Of a DNA stretch of 64,000 bases, positions 59,893 through 64,000 are shown piece by piece. Origin of the DNA: an uncultured Candidatus Saccharibacteria bacterium (GTDB lineage Bacteria > Patescibacteriota > Dojkabacteria > JAOAGR01); NCBI GenBank assembly GCA_964503755.1, contig CAZDBO010000002.1, positions 128,261-192,260 of the forward strand, in the 5' to 3' direction. How positions within the stretch are numbered: the stretch's first letter is position 1; the number at the start of each line of letters is the position of its first letter. The notes under the pieces were generated by a model. It ran no database searches and was not told where the DNA came from. It saw only the letters and a list, made by a program, of their open reading frames with translations. The translations under genes were made by a program, and so were the position numbers.

Positions 59893-60825
59893 TTAAACAG
59901 GCAATTCAACTCCATACCCTTTTCTAGATTTCAATATATTTTTAGAATAACCAAACTTAATAAGTTTCCTCCTCAACCTCGACACAAACTGATCTATAGC
60001 GTCAGCAGTAACTTCGTTAATACTCTTTTGCCATACAATTTTGACCAGTAATTCTCTTGTTATCATGCCATGTTTTACTAAGTATTTTAGTACATTGATT
60101 TCTTTGAGAGTCAGTTTATCTGACATTGATTCTACATCTTCGAGAGTAAGTGTTGTTTTTGGAGTTACATTGTCAGCTGTCTTAATATCCTTTTGTTTTG
60201 TCTCTTTTTTAAGTTTATGTCTTTCATTTTCATGTAATTCATTAGATTTTTGGGTAGGTTGTAAAACATCAAATGTTTCTGACGTTTCTGAGCCTAATCT
60301 ATCTACTTTATTTTCGAATAAATTGTTATAAATATCAGAAATTTTATTTAATCTAAGTATTTTATAAGGTTTATCAAATATCAAAGTTAATCTTTTATAA
60401 AGATCATTCAAAAAAAGTGGGGAGTAGGTGATATATATTTTGTCAGAAAATATTTTACTATCCTTTTCGTTTACAACGATTAATCTAAAATTGTATTGTA
60501 AAGCAAAACCCATCACAAATCTAATTTTGATATTATCAAGTTCTATACATATCATGTATTTATTTTCTAAGTTATTGCTGTTATTTCTTGCTAAATCTGC
60601 TATTTCTTCTTCCAAATTCTCTAGATTTTTGTCATTTCTAAAATAAAAAAATTCAAACTTAGAAAAAATATCTCGATAGTTTTGTCTGTCAGAATTTAGA
60701 GTAAAGTCAATAAAATACAAAACATCTATCTCATCGCCAATAATTTCAAATGATTTCCTTTGGTTTACTAAAGTAGTAAATTTTTCTTGGAGCAAACTTA
60801 CATCTTTATCTTTTATTGTCAGCAT
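59893..60825 (-). CDS. OmpR/PhoB-type winged-helix transcriptional regulator with non-canonical N-terminal domain
   Basis: C-terminal trans_reg_C signature (EINVLKYLVKHGMITRELLVKIVWQ...TADAIDQFVSRLRRKL...KSRKGYGVELPV); the N-terminal 150 aa lack the receiver-domain DD/D/K residues. Confidence 0.65.
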   Translation of the reverse strand: MLTIKDKDVSLLQEKFTTLVNQRKSFEIIGDEIDVLYFIDFTLNSDRQNYRDIFSKFEFFYFRNDKNLENLEEEIADLARNNSNNLENKYMICIELDNIKIRFVMGFALQYNFRLIVVNEKDSKIFSDKIYITYSPLFLNDLYKRLTLIFDKPYKILRLNKISDIYNNLFENKVDRLGSETSETFDVLQPTQKSNELHENERHKLKKETKQKDIKTADNVTPKTTLTLEDVESMSDKLTLKEINVLKYLVKHGMITRELLVKIVWQKSINEVTADAIDQFVSRLRRKLIKFGYSKNILKSRKGYGVELPV

Positions 60826-60928
60826 GATGTCATAATTATATCATGACAAGATAAGACACTAATAATTGTACAAATGTCATCAATTAAAAATTAAATTTAA
60901 CAAAGCTATATTGATTTCAGCTTTAAAC

Positions 60929-61531
60929 TCAATAAGCAATCAATAAATAATTTGGTATTTCAAACTTTTTATATTCATCGATTAAGCATTTCCTTTTTAT
61001 AATCCTACTAAAACACTCCGCCTCAAGAAGTGCATCTTCTAGGGCATTATGAGTTTTTCTAATGACCTTTACCCCACAAAATTGTAGAATATAATCGAGG
61101 CCTAGATTAGATCTCTTATTGTATAGTGGTATTTGTATCCCTAATTCTAAATGCTTTGCATAAACGATGCTATGTAAGTCCAAAATACGATCACCGAATT
61201 TATGATTAATTCCTGACCGATGACACTCTGCACGTAGCCATTTTAAATCTACATGAACATTCTGACCAGCAAGTGTCTGACTGTCAAACTGTTGCAACCA
61301 ATTGATAAAATCTAATAATATTTCACGTGGCAATGGCTTATTTAGATCTTTAATTGATTCTACGGTAAAACCAGCAACTTCTAATGCTTTAGGATCTATG
61401 TCACTATCATCATAAGCTCTAGCTTCTGCATAAAACCTTTTGTCTGGGTTATCAAAAGAAACCGCACCCATACTCAGTATCGATGCTTTTTCAAAATTTA
61501 AGCTGGTAGCCTCAATGTCAACTACTATCAT
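60929..61531 (-). CDS. DnaQ-like 3'-5' exonuclease (DEDDh; oligoribonuclease/epsilon-like)
   Basis: Exo I VVDIEATSL, Exo II NVHVDLKWL, Exo III HNALEDALLEAECF; start overlaps the secA stop by 4 nt. Confidence 0.7.
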   Translation of the reverse strand: MIVVDIEATSLNFEKASILSMGAVSFDNPDKRFYAEARAYDDSDIDPKALEVAGFTVESIKDLNKPLPREILLDFINWLQQFDSQTLAGQNVHVDLKWLRAECHRSGINHKFGDRILDLHSIVYAKHLELGIQIPLYNKRSNLGLDYILQFCGVKVIRKTHNALEDALLEAECFSRIIKRKCLIDEYKKFEIPNYLLIAY

Positions 61532-64000
61532 TTTTTCTTATTTTTACTTTTAGCCTCCAAGAATGCTTTTTCTAGTTCTTGCTGTGCTTTTCTTATAGCT
61601 TCTTTAGCTGACACTTTTGATTCTTCCTTCCTTGCAATACGTTTTATTTTGGATGTATAACGAAGTACCGTCGACGCAACCTGAGTATCCACGGCCTCCA
61701 TAAACTGAGCAAACATATCATAACCTTGATTTTGATAGACATAAAGAGGATCTCGTTGCGCATATGCCTGAAGAGTAATACCAGTACGTAAATCACGCAT
61801 ATTTTCTAGATGATCAAGCCATAAAGTATCTATACTTTGCAAGAGTACATATTTTTCTATTTCACGCATGGTTATGAATCCTTCTTCTTTCTCTTTCAGA
61901 TCATATACTTCATCAACTAATATACTAATTTGTTCTTTTAACCTCGATTTTGAAGGATTTGACAATATAAACTGATAATAAGTCCTATAATCAGAATCGA
62001 ATTTTTCATTTATTACAGTGTCAATATATTCCTGAGGTATAAACTTTACTAATTCTTTGGTTAATATTTCAAGATCATTTTTTGTGAAAGTGTCAGATTT
62101 TATTACATCATCAACAATACCTAGAGCATATTTTTTTACCTTACCAACGACATAATCTCTAAGCCTACTAGTACCTTCTGGGACTCCATCATCTTTAGTA
62201 TCATCATTGATCTCTTGTGTTCTTTTTAAATAGAGTTCTTTTGCCTCATCAAAAAGCCTCATTACACTTCTTCTGCGTTCGTACACAACTAATCTCTGTT
62301 GATTTAATACATCATCATAATCAACAAGATTTTTACGTACATCAAAATTTTCAGCTTCCACTTTTCTTTGTGCACTTTGAATAGTTTTTGCAAAAATTGC
62401 AGCCAGTCTTCCTTCTAATCTAAAATCAGAAGGTAAATTAGCTGTTTTTAAAATAGTTTTGATCTTATCACCACCATAAATACGCATCAGATCATCATCC
62501 AAAGCAAGATAAAACTGTGATTTACCAGGATCACCCTGACGTCCAGCTCTACCTCTGAGCTGATTATCGATGCGTCTGGATTCGTGTCTTTCTGTACCAA
62601 TTACATAAAGTCCCCCCAATTCGCGTACAGCTTGTCCCAATTTTATATCAGTGCCTCGTCCAGCCATGTTTGTGGATATAGTAACCGCATACTTTTGTCC
62701 AGCTTTAGCCACAATTTCAGCTTCACGAGCATGATTTTTAGCATTCAAAAGTTCAAAAGGAATTTTTTCTTTTTTCAAAAGTTCAGCTAATTTTTCTGAC
62801 TTCTCGACAGAAACTGTACCCACCAGCACAGGTTGACCTTTTTTATAGTGTTTTTTTATATCTTTTACTATAGCCTTAAATTTACTGTCTATATCAAGAT
62901 AAAAAACGTCGGGAAGATCTTTTCTTATCATCGGTCTGTGAGTTGGAATAACGACTACGTCAAGATTATAAATTTTACCAAATTCTTCAGCCTCCGTCAG
63001 AGCTGTACCGGTCATTCCTGACAATATCGGAAATAATCTGAAATAATTCTGATAAGTTACAGTTGCTTCTACTCTAGATTCTTGTTTTATCTCAACTCCT
63101 TCTTTTGCCTCTATAGCGAGATGTATACCATCAGAAAACCTTCTACCATGTTGTAAACGCCCTGTAAATTCATCGACTATTATAATTTCTTTTCCTGACA
63201 CTACATAGTGCACATCCCTTTTATAATAATAAGTTGCAACCAAAGCTCGATTTAAGTGCTTTACCAAAAGAGGATTTGACCAGATCGAATTATCACCAAG
63301 TTCTAACTCGACTTTTTTGATACCACTTTCAGTGAGAGTAACAGTTCGATATTTTTCATTTACTACATAATCTGACTTGTCCAATTTTTTTACTAAAGCC
63401 GCAAATTTACGATACAGATCAATAGAATCTGTTGATGGTCTAGAAATGATAAGAGGAGTACGTGCTTCATCAATCAATATAGAATCTACTTCATCAATAA
63501 TACAAAAAAACGGGTCACGTTGATTCATGTCCTCAAAACTTTTTTGAAGATTATCCCTCAAATAATCAAAACCAACTTCAGAATTAGTTCCATATGTTAT
63601 ATCACAGCTGTAAGCATCTTTTTTGTTTGTTTCAACTAAACAATATCCTTTCAACGAACTATAATTTGTCCAATCGATCTTTTTCGCTTGTGCAACTATA
63701 TCTTGAGAAACACCAAAATCAGATAATTTTTCAGGATCTACATATTTATAAGACTTGTCATCATTTACTACACCTACCGTAATACCCAAATATCCAAGCA
63801 TACGCCCTACCCATTCTGCATCACGTCTAGCAAGATAATCATTTACTGTAACCAGATAAGCCCCACGACCAAATAATGAGTACACATAAAGAGCGAGTGG
63901 TGCAACAAGAGTTTTTCCCTCTCCAGTCTTAAATTCGACAATCCGACCTTGAGCCAAAGCAATACCAGCCATAAGCTGTACATCAAAATGTTTATGATCA
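61528..64000 (-). CDS. secA: preprotein translocase subunit SecA (5' end lies beyond the window edge)
   Basis: Walker A region KTGEGKTLVA, DEAD-like DEVDSILIDEARTPLIIS, PPXD and helical scaffold domains; the frame stays open upstream of the first in-window Met (…HFDVQL matches the SecA N-domain), so the true start is past 64000. Confidence 0.95.
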   Translation of the reverse strand, partial: DHKHFDVQLMAGIALAQGRIVEFKTGEGKTLVAPLALYVYSLFGRGAYLVTVNDYLARRDAEWVGRMLGYLGITVGVVNDDKSYKYVDPEKLSDFGVSQDIVAQAKKIDWTNYSSLKGYCLVETNKKDAYSCDITYGTNSEVGFDYLRDNLQKSFEDMNQRDPFFCIIDEVDSILIDEARTPLIISRPSTDSIDLYRKFAALVKKLDKSDYVVNEKYRTVTLTESGIKKVELELGDNSIWSNPLLVKHLNRALVATYYYKRDVHYVVSGKEIIIVDEFTGRLQHGRRFSDGIHLAIEAKEGVEIKQESRVEATVTYQNYFRLFPILSGMTGTALTEAEEFGKIYNLDVVVIPTHRPMIRKDLPDVFYLDIDSKFKAIVKDIKKHYKKGQPVLVGTVSVEKSEKLAELLKKEKIPFELLNAKNHAREAEIVAKAGQKYAVTISTNMAGRGTDIKLGQAVRELGGLYVIGTERHESRRIDNQLRGRAGRQGDPGKSQFYLALDDDLMRIYGGDKIKTILKTANLPSDFRLEGRLAAIFAKTIQSAQRKVEAENFDVRKNLVDYDDVLNQQRLVVYERRRSVMRLFDEAKELYLKRTQEINDDTKDDGVPEGTSRLRDYVVGKVKKYALGIVDDVIKSDTFTKNDLEILTKELVKFIPQEYIDTVINEKFDSDYRTYYQFILSNPSKSRLKEQISILVDEVYDLKEKEEGFITMREIEKYVLLQSIDTLWLDHLENMRDLRTGITLQAYAQRDPLYVYQNQGYDMFAQFMEAVDTQVASTVLRYTSKIKRIARKEESKVSAKEAIRKAQQELEKAFLEAKSKNKKK

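Noticed and set aside
1-64000. CRISPR arrays, rRNA genes, transposases/integrases, prophage genes
   Set aside because: No regularly spaced direct repeats, no rRNA-like conserved stretches, and no ORF with transposase, integrase or phage-structural motifs. The only tandem repeats (45932-45990, 59157-59254) are coding.

Overview
This 64-kb window is AT-rich (about 28-30% GC by eye) and gene-dense, with both strands almost fully coding. It looks like a small-genome, low-GC bacterium, possibly a Patescibacteria/CPR-like lineage; that assignment is inference only. The standard genetic code is used: prfB (RF2) is present and TGA, TAA and TAG all terminate well-conserved genes.

Genes I could recognise by motif:
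- Translation and RNA metabolism: trxA, rplU-rpmA, rpmH-rnpA, trpS, tyrS, prfB, fmt, cca, tgt, RNase J.
- DNA metabolism: topA, pcrA/uvrD, uvrB, an ATP-dependent DNA ligase, a photolyase, an Ogg-like HhH-GPD glycosylase, and two DEDD-type exonucleases.
- Envelope and secretion: secA (5' end runs off the window), mraY, a dacA-like carboxypeptidase, a MacB/FtsX-type ABC exporter, a TagGH-like ABC-2 exporter, GtrA and GtrB-like GT2 proteins, a sortase, and an SPFH protein.
- Regulation: an ECF-like sigma factor with a putative anti-sigma partner, and an OmpR-type winged-helix regulator.
- Six tRNAs, all with a genomically encoded CCA: Gly-TCC, Leu-TAG, Met/Ile2-CAT, Val-CAC, Val-GAC, Leu-GAG.

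The most notable locus is a putative cell-surface system. A 1375-aa cysteine-rich giant protein carries a C-terminal LPDTN + hydrophobic + basic-tail sorting signal, and a sortase gene lies 4 kb away. It is divergently paired (start codons 5 bp apart) with an FN3-containing Thr/Pro-linker surface protein. Directly downstream are a polytopic membrane protein, a GtrB-like GT2 and an FAD oxidoreductase, which I interpret as a possible glycosylation cassette.

Other features of note:
- Three loci where two same-strand ORFs share one frame and are separated by a single stop codon (TGA, TGA, TAG) across 28-40 otherwise stop-free codons. These are pseudogenes, assembly errors or recoding sites.
- A HEPN/MNT toxin-antitoxin-like pair translationally coupled to the ABC exporter operon.
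- A GC-elevated, repeat-containing LysM-like gene.
- A tgt lacking the canonical zinc-binding cysteines.
- A degenerate ATP-grasp gene coupled to uvrB.

I found no CRISPR array, rRNA or recognisable mobile element. I could not identify ncRNAs such as tmRNA, RNase P RNA or SRP RNA by eye.
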